Below are positions 8,865-18,084 of a DNA stretch of 64,000 bases, piece by piece. Under the pieces are notes generated by a model, which saw nothing but the letters and a program-made list of their open reading frames with translations, was not told the DNA's origin and ran no database searches. A program made the translations under genes and the position numbers. Origin of the DNA: Fibrobacterota bacterium (GTDB lineage Bacteria > Fibrobacterota > Fibrobacteria > UBA11236); the NCBI GenBank assembly GCA_028287465.1, contig JAQBPO010000050.1, forward strand, positions 182,743 to 246,742. Reading direction: 5' to 3'. The stretch's first letter is position 1; the number at the start of each line of letters is the position of its first letter.

Positions 8865-9764
8865 TCAATCGCCGGAGCGGTTGAGACGACCCATGCGGGT
8901 GGGATGGCGCAGGCGTTCCAGGGCCTTGGCCTTGATTTGGCGGACGCGTTCGCGGGTGACCCCGTAGCGGGCGGCGATCTCCTCGAGGGTTTCCGAGGAT
9001 TCCCGGCCGATCCCGTAGTAAAGCTTCAGAACGTCCGCCTCCTGCTCCTCCAAGGTCGCGAGAACGTCGACCAGGTTCTTGCCGGACAGAGCCTGAAGGA
9101 CTTCCTTGTCGGGGCGATCCGCTTCCTTGTCTTCCAGGACGTCCTCCAGGGCGCCCTCCCCGTCCCCGAGGATGGGTTTGTTCAGGGACATGGGGGCGGC
9201 GGCCAATTGCAGGCATTCATTGATCTCGACTTCGCTCAGCCCCAGTTCCTCCGCGACCTCCGCCATGCTGGGTGAACGGCCGAGTTTCTGTTCCAGGCGC
9301 TGGTTGGCCTTGCCGATTTTGGCGATCACGCCGACCTTGCCGGCGGAAAGCTTGAGGACGCGGGATTGCTCCGCGAGCGCGGTGAGGATGCCTTGCCGGA
9401 TCCACCAGACGGCATAGGAGATGAATTTGAAGTTCATCCCGCCGTCGAAACGCTGGGCGGCCCGCAACAGGCCGAGATTCCCCTCGTTGATGAGATCGCC
9501 CATGGAAAGGCCTTGGAACCGGTAGTTGCGGCAGACGGCCACCACGAATTTGAGATTCGCCTGGACCAACTGGTTGACCGCGCGCATGTCGCCGGCCTGG
9601 ATGCGGGTGGCCAAGGCGGCTTCCTCTTCCAGGCTCAGGGTCTTCGCCTTCTTGATATCGCCGAGATACATTTCCAGGGAATCGCGGTTTTTGGGCAGAA
9701 CGCCCCTGGACGGGGCCTTCTTGGGTTTCTCTCCGGCGGATTCCGGTTCGTCGGGGCTTTCCAT
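8865..9764 (-). CDS. RNA polymerase sigma factor, sigma-70 family (roughly 300 aa, regions 1.2 to 4; RpoS / group-3-like)
   Basis: Region 1.2 reads DSLEMYLGDI and region 2 reads FISYAVWWIRQGI. The region 4 helix-turn-helix is TLEEIAARYGVTRERVRQIKAKALERLRHP. I chose the internal ATG at 9764 (MESPDEPES...), which has a GAGG ribosome-binding site, over the far-upstream start of the track ORF. Confidence 0.85.
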   Translation of the reverse strand: MESPDEPESAGEKPKKAPSRGVLPKNRDSLEMYLGDIKKAKTLSLEEEAALATRIQAGDMRAVNQLVQANLKFVVAVCRNYRFQGLSMGDLINEGNLGLLRAAQRFDGGMNFKFISYAVWWIRQGILTALAEQSRVLKLSAGKVGVIAKIGKANQRLEQKLGRSPSMAEVAEELGLSEVEINECLQLAAAPMSLNKPILGDGEGALEDVLEDKEADRPDKEVLQALSGKNLVDVLATLEEQEADVLKLYYGIGRESSETLEEIAARYGVTRERVRQIKAKALERLRHPTRMGRLNRSGD

Positions 9765-10034
9765 CCTCAGCGATGGACCTTGGGGGCGGGCATGCCAGTA
9801 ATATAGGATTCCCGGGTACCAAGGCAAACCCAATATGGCCCCTGCGGCCCCGTTTTTTCCGGCACCAACGGTTTCGCGGGAAGGCACTTTACAGCTTCCC
9901 ATTAATGTGTTAGCCGGCCGGGAAGGGCATGCCGGGCGCGATCCGCGCCCATGGGGTAATACCCAGGTTACCTCTTGCCGCGCGAATCGCCGGCGGCTGC
10001 GGCCGGGACACGGGCCGCCGGGCACGGTACGGAT

Positions 10035-10613
10035 TCACTCCGCGTACGCGGCGGGCTTGGGCAGGAGCTTGACGATGGCCTTGCGGTTGGCGGCCTTTTC
10101 ATAACTCCGCTTGGCGCAGAGTTCGAAACGATCCCTGGGCGCCACCGTGCTGTCGTCCCGGATCTCGTCCAGGAACAGGACCACGCTCTTCTCCTTGCGG
10201 AGCGACCTTTCCCTGATCGGGCTTTTGTAGGCGTGCGGCTCGGCGGTCACGGGTTCCTCGGACAGGTACATGGCCCGATGGGCCCGCACGGCCGCCCCGG
10301 TGCTCGCCTCGAAGACCACGAGGGTATCCGGAAGCTCGGAGCCCAGGACGTTCTTCAGCACCTCGCCCCTTTTGAACCGGAATACCGTGCGCGTCAGGGA
10401 GGGGATCTCCGTTCCGGGCTCGCTGAAGGTGATTTCCTCCCTGGAGGGGGCCAGGGGACGGGCCACCACGATGTACTGGGCCTGTTGGGCGAGATCATTC
10501 AAGGTCAGATTCCCTGCGGGCGCGGTGAAGCCGCCGCCCGCGGCCATCAGGGCGAAGGCCAGGCAGGCGGCCGGATTGACGCGATTGGGACTGGGAATGG
10601 AAGGTGTAGGCAT
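10035..10613 (-). CDS. Hypothetical secreted protein, immediately upstream of the sigma factor on the same strand
   Basis: The ORF has a plausible signal peptide MPTPSIPSPNRVNPAACLAFALMAAGGGFTAPAG. I recognise no domain, so both the start and the reality of the gene are uncertain. Confidence 0.45.
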   Translation of the reverse strand: MPTPSIPSPNRVNPAACLAFALMAAGGGFTAPAGNLTLNDLAQQAQYIVVARPLAPSREEITFSEPGTEIPSLTRTVFRFKRGEVLKNVLGSELPDTLVVFEASTGAAVRAHRAMYLSEEPVTAEPHAYKSPIRERSLRKEKSVVLFLDEIRDDSTVAPRDRFELCAKRSYEKAANRKAIVKLLPKPAAYAE

Positions 10614-10712
10614 GGGTCCCCGCGTGGTTCCGGTTTCCCCGCAAAAATAGCACAAAAAAACCGGCGATTTCCGGTATCTTTATCCCTCCTCGAAGTATCC
10701 GGACGGGCCTCC

Positions 10713-11486
10713 ATGCATGCATTCAAAGCTTCCCTTGCCTTATCCCTGGCCTTGTCGCTCGCCGCATCCCTATGCCCGGGCGCCACGGGAACCACCGATG
10801 CCGCCGTCCCTGCCGCTCCTCTCGCCCCGTACCGCGGTACCGCCTTCGATACCGAAAGGAAGGTCTTCGCCTATACGGAAGAGCATGCCGAGAGTTACGA
10901 CCAGGGCCGGCACGTCGCCACCAAGACCTGTTTCCGGGCCCAGGACGGCAAGGAGATGGCGGAGCGGGAGCTCGATTTCCACCGCTTCGACTGCAAGCCG
11001 GACTACCTGTTCAAGGACCTGCGCAACGGCTATGAGGAAGGCGCCGAGGTCGGGGCCTCCGGCATCAAGGTCCACTTCCGGGATTCGCGCCAGGCCGCCG
11101 TCCACGAGAAAAGCATCCAGGTGCCGGAACCCTGCATCATCAACGGCGGGGTGGGGGAATTCGTGAGGAGGAATTGGGCCGCCCTCGAAGCGGGCAAGCG
11201 CATCGGTTTCAACATGGTCGTCCCCGCGCGCCTGGATTATTACAAGTTCGTGGCCTACCAGGATCCCAAGAGCGGGGTTCCGGAAACCGAGGTCGCCGGC
11301 CGGAAACACAAGGCCGTGATCATCGAGCCGCAAAGCTCGGTGCTGCGCATGCTGCTCCCTACCATCATCATGTACTATGACGTGAAGACCCTGCGCCTGG
11401 TCCGTTACCAGGGGATCGTCAATGTCGCGGACTCCAAGGGACGGAGCCTGCGGGTACGGGTCGACTATCCGGGCATGGGCCCCTGA
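10713..11486 (+). CDS. Hypothetical secreted protein of 258 aa
   Basis: An in-frame ATG at 10713 lies within the long track ORF 9975..11486. The signal peptide is MHAFKASLALSLALSLAASLCPGATG. The ORF is divergent from the gene at 10035-10613. I recognise no family. Confidence 0.55.
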   Translation: MHAFKASLALSLALSLAASLCPGATGTTDAAVPAAPLAPYRGTAFDTERKVFAYTEEHAESYDQGRHVATKTCFRAQDGKEMAERELDFHRFDCKPDYLFKDLRNGYEEGAEVGASGIKVHFRDSRQAAVHEKSIQVPEPCIINGGVGEFVRRNWAALEAGKRIGFNMVVPARLDYYKFVAYQDPKSGVPETEVAGRKHKAVIIEPQSSVLRMLLPTIIMYYDVKTLRLVRYQGIVNVADSKGRSLRVRVDYPGMGP

Positions 11487-11707
11487 TCCCCGGGTCCCAA
11501 AGGCCTTGGACGGCCCCTTCGCTTTGGGTTCTTTAGGATACCCGGGATAACGAGAGAATCATCTCGGAGCATCCTGGATCCCCTTGTTCCCTATCCTTTA
11601 TCCATGAACATCGGCTCCCGTCCGCGGAAAGCGCCCATCCAGCAACGGGGGCTTACCGGTTTGCCGGGGCCATGGGGTCAAATCAACCCGGCCCATAAGC
11701 GGGATTA

Positions 11708-11736
11708 GTGTGCCGGGAGCGGTTTTCCCCTATAAT
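11708..11736 (+). promoter_or_regulatory. Possible sigma-70 promoter with a perfect TATAAT -10 box upstream of the dehydrogenase gene
   Basis: TATAAT lies at 11731-11736, 26 nt upstream of the ATG at 11762. The -35 element is weak (GTGTGC), so this is sequence-only evidence. Confidence 0.25.
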
Positions 11737-11761
11737 CTACGGGACGAACCATTAGGATCCC

Positions 11762-13264
11762 ATGAAAGGATCGCAAATGTCCGAGATGAATCCGAACCAT
11801 GCCTCCCGCCCCTTCCCGAGGCTCGCCGGGGCCGTCCTGTTCGCGGCCGCGATCGCCGCCGCCCCCCGGGCCCAGCTGCCGGTCAACTTCGTCGAAAAGG
11901 CCGTCGCCTCCAAGGCCGTCTTCAACGAAGCCACCAGCATGGCGCACGCCGATGACGGCCGCATCTTCGTCAGCGAACGCAACGGCAATATCAAGGTCAT
12001 CAAGGGCGATGACGCCGTGCTGGTCCACAAGGTCGCCACGACCACGGATCGCGAGCAGGGATTGCTGAAGATCCAGGTCCATCCGGGCTTCGCCGCCAAG
12101 AGCTTCATCTACGCCTTCTACCTCACCGCCGACAAGAACCACCATAATATCACGCGCATCGCCATCGACAAGGACAATGCCGTGGTGAAGGTCGACGACA
12201 TCATCCGGCTGCCGAACCTGGAGAACGAAGGGCGCCACAACGGCGGCGGCATCGTCTTCGGCAAGGACGGCTTCCTCTACGTGTCCCGCGGCAATGATGA
12301 ATTGGGCGGCGCCTCGAATCCCGCCGGCCTTTGGACCAGCCAGAAGGGCAAGGTCCTGCGCTTCACCGAGGACGGCCTTCCCGCCCCCGGCAACCCCCAT
12401 TACGCCTCCGGCGCGACGGCGGAAGAGAAGAGCGTATGGGCGCGCGGGTTCCGCAATCCCTGGACCATGAGCGCCGATCCGATTTCCGGCCGCATCCTGG
12501 TCGGCGACGTGGGCGACGGCACCGAATCCATCGAGGACGTGACGAGCCCGGACCCCGCCAAGGACTACTGGTACGGATACGGCGTAGGCGGCGGGGACGG
12601 CGTGGGCACGGCGGGCGGCAAGGCCATCGACCCCATCTACTACCATCCCACCGGCGGCCAGGGAGAATGCGCGATCGTGGCGGAGGTGCCTTACAATGCG
12701 GCCGTGGCCTCCAATTGGCCGGCGGAATACAAGAACCGGATCTACACGGCGGACTATTGCGGCAAGACCATCCGTTCGGTCCCGCTCAACAATCCGGCCG
12801 GCTCCATCAACATGCATACCGTCGGGAACGGCATGGTGCAGTTCTACCAGAACTCCCCGACCAAGGTATTCCTGAGCCTGGGCATGGACGGCAACCTGTA
12901 TTACGTGTCCTACGGCACCGCCGGCAAGGCCATGATGATCGCCTATAACGGACCGGTTTCCACGGTGGATCCCGCGGCCAACAGCATCTCGGTGCGGAAT
13001 TTCGTCTTCCGGATGGGCCGGTCCGCGGACGTGGAGTTCACCGTGAACGGAACCCTGTCCCTGCGGGACGCGGGCAAGGCGGAATTCTCGGTGATGGGCC
13101 CGGACGGAAAGGTCCGATTCCGGAATTCCGTGCACATGCGCGGCAACGCCTTGCGCGCGGAAGGCTTCCGCCCGTCGGCGGCGGGATTGTACGTATGTAA
13201 GTTGGCTTGGAACGGGGACGGCGCGGAGCGGCAGGCCTATGGCCGCCTGGTCGTCCTGCCTTAG
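11762..13264 (+). CDS. PQQ-dependent soluble sugar (glucose/sorbosone) dehydrogenase family beta-propeller protein (YliI/GSDH-like) with an additional C-terminal domain
   Basis: The motifs HNGGGIVFGKDGFLYVSRGND and WARGFRNPW are present, as is the block ILVGDVGDGTESIEDV. An N-terminal signal-like segment precedes them. A C-terminal extension of about 120 aa lies beyond the propeller. Confidence 0.8.
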   Translation: MKGSQMSEMNPNHASRPFPRLAGAVLFAAAIAAAPRAQLPVNFVEKAVASKAVFNEATSMAHADDGRIFVSERNGNIKVIKGDDAVLVHKVATTTDREQGLLKIQVHPGFAAKSFIYAFYLTADKNHHNITRIAIDKDNAVVKVDDIIRLPNLENEGRHNGGGIVFGKDGFLYVSRGNDELGGASNPAGLWTSQKGKVLRFTEDGLPAPGNPHYASGATAEEKSVWARGFRNPWTMSADPISGRILVGDVGDGTESIEDVTSPDPAKDYWYGYGVGGGDGVGTAGGKAIDPIYYHPTGGQGECAIVAEVPYNAAVASNWPAEYKNRIYTADYCGKTIRSVPLNNPAGSINMHTVGNGMVQFYQNSPTKVFLSLGMDGNLYYVSYGTAGKAMMIAYNGPVSTVDPAANSISVRNFVFRMGRSADVEFTVNGTLSLRDAGKAEFSVMGPDGKVRFRNSVHMRGNALRAEGFRPSAAGLYVCKLAWNGDGAERQAYGRLVVLP

Positions 13265-13279
13265 GCCGCACCGGGTGTC

Positions 13280-13744
13280 CTAGGCGGTTTTGCCGCCCCA
13301 GGCGCCCAGTTCGCCCCTGAGCGCCTTCCACTCCGAGAACATCTTTCCCACCACCATCCGCTTCCCCCCGCTTTTCAGGACGATGCGGGAAGCCCCCACG
13401 TCGACGGATTCCACCTTGTCCCGGTCCATGACCTTGCCGTTCCCGTCCCAGAAGACGAGGGCGATCTGGTTTTCGCTCAGGCGGGCCTCGCGCGGACGGA
13501 AGAAGAACCCGTAGATGACCCCGAGCATCCCGGAAACCACCAGCACGAAGGCCACGGCCCATGGAAGCACGGGCGCGCTTTGGCCGGCATGGACGGCGCG
13601 GATGGTGAGGTAGGCCGCGTAAACCACCATGATGATGCCCGAGCCGTAGATGCCGCAGGCGGTGACGGCGACGATGGCGATCCGCACGGGATCCGCCTTG
13701 AAACGTTTTCCTTCGTAGACGGGTTCATCCGAGGTATTGGCCAT
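13280..13744 (-). CDS. Small membrane protein with two TM helices and a bacterial PH-like (YdbS/bPH_2-type) domain
   Basis: Two TM helices (IAIVAVTACGIYGSGIIMVVYAAYL and WAVAFVLVVSGMLGVIYGFFF) are followed by a beta-rich domain of about 70 aa. The overall layout resembles bPH_2 proteins. Confidence 0.55.
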   Translation of the reverse strand: MANTSDEPVYEGKRFKADPVRIAIVAVTACGIYGSGIIMVVYAAYLTIRAVHAGQSAPVLPWAVAFVLVVSGMLGVIYGFFFRPREARLSENQIALVFWDGNGKVMDRDKVESVDVGASRIVLKSGGKRMVVGKMFSEWKALRGELGAWGGKTA

Positions 13745-13854
13745 GGGGCTAAAATAGCAATTGCGGGTAAAATCCCGCCTGATATGCCAGAATGGGATAA
13801 GATTCCCATTTTTATGCGGTTACCCGATTCCCATCGGGAAGGAAAGGCGCCTGG

Positions 13855-15354
13855 ATGTTCACCTTGGTAGACTGGCTCGTCATCGTGGCCTACTTCATGA
13901 TAGTGGCCTGCATCGGCTTCTACTTCTCCCGCCGCAATGCCAACTTCTCGGACTTCATGTTCGGGGGCGGCAACATGCCTTGGTTCGCGGTCGGCATCTC
14001 CCTGATCGCCACCTCGGTCAGCGCCAATACCTTCCTGGGGAACCCGGCGGACGGCTACGCCAACGACATGCGCCTGCTGATGCTGAACGTGGGCTCCCTC
14101 ATCGCGATCGTGATCGTCGGGACATTCTTCATCCCGCGCTTCCGCGCGAGCGGCATCAGTTCCGCGTACGAACTGTTGGAGAAGAAGTTCTCGCGCCCCG
14201 TGCGGGTGCTGGCGGCCACCTTTTACTCCTGCCACCTGTTGTTCCGCATGGGCATGCTCATCTACGGTCCCGGCCTGGTGCTGATGAAGATCACGGGAGC
14301 CCCATTCTGGGCCTGCGCAATGGCCATGACCGTCTTCGCCATGCTGTACACGTCCCTGGGCGGCATCAAGGCCGTGACCACCACCGACATCATCCAGTTC
14401 GTCATCTTCTTCGGCGGCGGCCTGCTATGCATCTGGTTCTGCGCCAAGGGAGTGGGCGGATTCGGGAAAACCTGGGCCCTGGCGACCGAAGCGGGGAAGA
14501 CGCGCTGGTACGATTTCCATTGGGATCCTTCCAGCGACCGCAACTTCTGGACCGCGTCCCTGGTGTATGTGGTATTCGAAGTCGCAATCCGGGGATGCGA
14601 TCAGCAATTCGTGCAACGCTACCTTTCGACCAAGAGCGTGCGCACGGCCAACTACTCCTCAATCACCTCGTCCCTGCTGGGAATCTGCGTAGGCGTGGTG
14701 TTTTTCACCGTAGGGGCATTTCTGTACGTTTACTTCCAGGTGGCCCACGTGGAGACCCTGCCCACGCTCAAGGTCAACGAGGTGCTGCCCCATTTCATCG
14801 TCAACGTTCTGCCCGTGGGCGTCAAAGGCCTGCTGGTGGCCGCCATCCTGGCGGCCGACATGGGCGCCCTCAGCTCGGTGCTCACCGCCCTTTCCAATAC
14901 CACCGTGGTCGACTTCCTCCCCCGGAAGAACGCCCAGGACCTGGGTTCCCACAATATCAAGAATGCGCGCAAGTGGGTGGTGCTCTGGGGCATCCTCGGG
15001 ATGGCCGCCTCCTTCGTATGCGCCATCGGGAACATCTCCATCCTGCAAAAGGCCCTGTTCCTGACCTCGTTGTTCACGGGCCCCCTGCTGTCCATGTTCG
15101 TGCAGGCCTTCTTCTTCCCCAAGACCCACCCCAAGGCCGTCATCGCCGGGACCTTCCTGGGCATGATCATCCTGATGCCCTTCACGTCCATCCCGCTGCT
15201 GCCGCCGGGGACGTGGAAGCCGTTGATCGCGCTGGCCTGGCCTTGGAATCCGGTCATCGCCCTGGCGGGTTCGCTGGTGACCTCGCAGATCATCACCCTC
15301 TTCCTTCCCAGGTATTCGAAACGCGAGGAAGGAATGGCCGGGCAACCGGCCTGA
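13855..15354 (+). CDS. Sodium:solute symporter family (SSF) transporter
   Basis: The translation has 13-14 TM helices. SSF-type blocks include SRRNANFSDFMFGGGNMPWFAVGISLIAT and TSLGGIKAVTTTDIIQFVIFFGG. The ribosome-binding site GGAAGGAAAGG precedes the ATG. Confidence 0.9.
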   Translation: MFTLVDWLVIVAYFMIVACIGFYFSRRNANFSDFMFGGGNMPWFAVGISLIATSVSANTFLGNPADGYANDMRLLMLNVGSLIAIVIVGTFFIPRFRASGISSAYELLEKKFSRPVRVLAATFYSCHLLFRMGMLIYGPGLVLMKITGAPFWACAMAMTVFAMLYTSLGGIKAVTTTDIIQFVIFFGGGLLCIWFCAKGVGGFGKTWALATEAGKTRWYDFHWDPSSDRNFWTASLVYVVFEVAIRGCDQQFVQRYLSTKSVRTANYSSITSSLLGICVGVVFFTVGAFLYVYFQVAHVETLPTLKVNEVLPHFIVNVLPVGVKGLLVAAILAADMGALSSVLTALSNTTVVDFLPRKNAQDLGSHNIKNARKWVVLWGILGMAASFVCAIGNISILQKALFLTSLFTGPLLSMFVQAFFFPKTHPKAVIAGTFLGMIILMPFTSIPLLPPGTWKPLIALAWPWNPVIALAGSLVTSQIITLFLPRYSKREEGMAGQPA

Positions 15355-15363
15355 AGGCGGAAG

Positions 15364-16179
15364 CTACTTCCGCGTCCAGGAATAGAGCCGGTTCTCGATG
15401 CCGGATTCGATGAGCCAGATCTCGGCCTCGCCGTTCACGCTTTCGAGGATGGCCGCGACGAACAGCTCCAGGAAGACCCAGCGGATCCGTTCCGCCTGCG
15501 CCTTCAGCCGCCCCTCGCGATCCGGCCCCGATCCCGCCTCGATGGGGATGAAGAATTCGATGACGGCCGTGGTCTCATCGATCAGGTATTTCCTTCCGGT
15601 GCGCCGGGTGAGCGCGGCCGCGGCCTCGAAGGCCATCAGGGCCCCGCCCCGGAACCGGCCGTTCACGTTGTGGACGGAATAGCCCCCGAACCAATCCGCG
15701 ATCTCCGCGGCGATGCGGGCCCGGTAGCGGGATTCCCCTTCCCGGGAGGCTTTCGGGAATACGCGTTCCAACTCCGCCCTTTCCACGATGCCCAGGCGCC
15801 GCAGGATCCGGTCCGAGTAGAACAAGGCGTCCAGGGAGTCCTTAAGCACGAGTTCATCCGCCAGGGGCAACAGGAATCGGAAGGACTGGAAGTCCCGGAC
15901 GGCCTTTTCGTAAGCGACGGTGACGCGCGCGGCCTCGGAAAAATGCTTGGCGAACGCTTCGGGGTCGATAAGCTTACGGAAGTACTCCGATACCCTGAAC
16001 CTGCCTTTCCCGGATTCGATGAGGAGGGGGAGGATCCGCTTGCTCCAATAGGTCGGGAAGCCGCGACCGGGAGAGACGGCCATCCGCATGTCCTGCTTGG
16101 TGAAGAACGCCATGGACGCGAACTTCGCTTTCAGGAAGCGATGGACGCGCTTCGTTTCACCGGAGCGGCCGGGGGTCAT
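15364..16179 (-). CDS. Hypothetical cytoplasmic protein of 272 aa, translationally coupled to ApbE
   Basis: Its ATG at 16179 overlaps the ApbE stop as ATGA. I see no signal peptide and no recognisable domain. The track ORF 15364..16422 is this frame with a 5' extension into ApbE. Confidence 0.6.
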   Translation of the reverse strand: MTPGRSGETKRVHRFLKAKFASMAFFTKQDMRMAVSPGRGFPTYWSKRILPLLIESGKGRFRVSEYFRKLIDPEAFAKHFSEAARVTVAYEKAVRDFQSFRFLLPLADELVLKDSLDALFYSDRILRRLGIVERAELERVFPKASREGESRYRARIAAEIADWFGGYSVHNVNGRFRGGALMAFEAAAALTRRTGRKYLIDETTAVIEFFIPIEAGSGPDREGRLKAQAERIRWVFLELFVAAILESVNGEAEIWLIESGIENRLYSWTRK

Positions 16180-17294
16180 CGCCCTTGGGGGCATGGATGG
16201 ATCCCATTGAGCTTGAGGTTTCCCTCGAGGCCCGGCGAGGCCACGTAACACAGGGGCGTCGTCCCTTCCGCGGCCTTGTCCCCGCCGGTCTCGCGCATCC
16301 AGACGGCACGCGCCCCGAAGCGTTGCAGAAGGTAGGCTCCCCGCTCCGGACCCAGGATGAACAAGGGCTTGGTCAGGCGGTCCGCCAGCATGCTGTTGGC
16401 TGCCAGCACGGTCACGGAGCAATACGGCCGCGCGGGCTTTCCGGTGCGCGGATCGAAGATATGGTGGTAGCGCACCCCGTCCCTGATGAAGAAACGCTCG
16501 TAATCCCCCGAGGTCGAGACGGCGATGGCGCTGTCCAACCGCAAGGTTCCCGCCAGGGAATCCGGCATGCGGGGATGGCGTATCCCCAGAGACCAGGGGT
16601 CCCGCCCCTTTTTGCCGCCGACGCGCAGATCCCCGCCCGCGGTCACGATATGATCCGGGTATCCCAGGGAATCCAGGATGGCGTGCATCCGATCGACGGC
16701 ATAGCCTTTCGCGATGCCTCCCAGGTCGAAGACGGCGCTGTCCCGGAGCAGGACGATGCGGCCGCCGTCCAGGAGGGCGAAGGGCGGACGCGAGGCCGGA
16801 TTGCCGTCCAGGGAGGCGCCATAGGCGGGATTGCCCCGCATGGCCGAGGCGAGCTCCGCATCCGATGGGATCCGGTTGCTGTCGCCGCTGGCCAGGCCCC
16901 AGGCCGATTTCAGATCATGGAGGGTGATGTCGAAGCTGCCGCGCGATGACTCCGCCATCTCCAGCGCGGCGCGGAACACCTCCACGATTTCCGGATCCGC
17001 GGCCAGGGTATCCCCCGCCCGGCCCTGGAGCCTGCGCAAGGAAGAACCCGGAAGGTAATCGCTGAACACGCCCTCGAGCCGGGCGCTTTCCCGTTCCAGG
17101 AGCGCGAAGGCGCTGTCCTCCCCGATGAGCGCCTGCCGTCCGCCCTCGTGCCGGTAGACGGTGGCGGTGAATTCCGTGTCCATGCCGAACCAATGGCGTT
17201 TCGCCTTGGAGGGATGGCGGGCGCACCCCGCCGCCAAGGCGAGGGCCATCAGTCCCGCGAGGCCGGAGATGCCGGCCCTGAAGGTGGAATGCAT
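16176..17294 (-). CDS. apbE: FAD:protein FMN transferase (ApbE family) lipoprotein
   Basis: The lipobox is LMALALAAGC. ApbE motifs include DLGGIAKGYAVD, TSGDYERFFIRDGVRYHHIFDPRTGKP and HDLKSAWG. Confidence 0.85.
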   Translation of the reverse strand: MHSTFRAGISGLAGLMALALAAGCARHPSKAKRHWFGMDTEFTATVYRHEGGRQALIGEDSAFALLERESARLEGVFSDYLPGSSLRRLQGRAGDTLAADPEIVEVFRAALEMAESSRGSFDITLHDLKSAWGLASGDSNRIPSDAELASAMRGNPAYGASLDGNPASRPPFALLDGGRIVLLRDSAVFDLGGIAKGYAVDRMHAILDSLGYPDHIVTAGGDLRVGGKKGRDPWSLGIRHPRMPDSLAGTLRLDSAIAVSTSGDYERFFIRDGVRYHHIFDPRTGKPARPYCSVTVLAANSMLADRLTKPLFILGPERGAYLLQRFGARAVWMRETGGDKAAEGTTPLCYVASPGLEGNLKLNGIHPCPQGR

Positions 17295-17333
17295 TAGGAT
17301 ACCCGCATGGGGGCTTGCCCGGGCCGCGGCAGG

Positions 17334-17996
17334 CTAGAAGCCGGGAACGCGGAACAGGATGGTCCTGCGGGCTTGGACCGCATTCGAGCGCCCCATTACG
17401 TCATGATCCGCGGGGCGGAAGCCGGGACGGGAAAAATCCGCGACGGCGCGGAGATGCGCGCTGGCGGTGAGGTTGAGGGTGGCCAGGGCCGCCTCGATCC
17501 CGGCAGCCACGGGGCCGGACTTGTCCACGGGATAGACCACGATCGCTTCGAACAGGAAGGTCCCTTGGGTCAGGTAATAGATGCGGAAGCGGTCGCTCGC
17601 TTCCTGCTCATCGGCGGGATTGGCATTCTTGAATTCGATGAAGGAGAATGCCTTGCCCCCCAGGGTCTTGTTGCCTTGATCGAGTATGATCAGGCTGTCG
17701 CTCGCCGCGAGGTTGTTCAAGGCGGCGGTGATTTCCGCCGAGGTGAGGGCGCCCTGGTGCGGGACCCCCATCAGGATCCCGTTCGCTTCGTTGGGGATGT
17801 TCATGATGATGACCGACGCCGTGTCCGTCTGGCCCGCGCTGAATTTGCTCCAGCCCGGCGGCAGGGTCAGGTTGAAATTATTGGTGGTGACCAGGGTCTG
17901 GGCGGACACGGGGGCCGCCACGGCGCCGAAGGCCAGGATGCAAGCGGCGGAGAGGATCCTCAAGAAGGACCTGGGAAGGGACTTGGAACGGGACAT
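17334..17996 (-). CDS. Hypothetical secreted protein
   Basis: The signal peptide is MSRSKSLPRSFLRILSAACILAFGAVAAPVSA. The mature domain is of unknown function. I chose the internal start over the track ORF start at 18041. Confidence 0.55.
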   Translation of the reverse strand: MSRSKSLPRSFLRILSAACILAFGAVAAPVSAQTLVTTNNFNLTLPPGWSKFSAGQTDTASVIIMNIPNEANGILMGVPHQGALTSAEITAALNNLAASDSLIILDQGNKTLGGKAFSFIEFKNANPADEQEASDRFRIYYLTQGTFLFEAIVVYPVDKSGPVAAGIEAALATLNLTASAHLRAVADFSRPGFRPADHDVMGRSNAVQARRTILFRVPGF

Positions 17997-18084
17997 GCGG
18001 GCCTCCTGGCGGGTTTCGGGTATGCCCAGGAAAATAAGCATTCGGGGGAATTTCCGGAAGGGACATCCGGTCCCATCCCCCCGA

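Noticed and set aside
11705-13135. 476-aa minus-strand ORF opposite the PQQ-type sugar dehydrogenase
   Set aside because: It is the antisense shadow. The plus strand carries conserved GSDH motifs.
13761-15413. 550-aa plus-strand ORF in an alternative frame over the sodium:solute symporter
   Set aside because: It is an Arg/His/Pro/Gly-rich low-complexity translation. The SSF frame has 13-14 TM helices and a ribosome-binding site.
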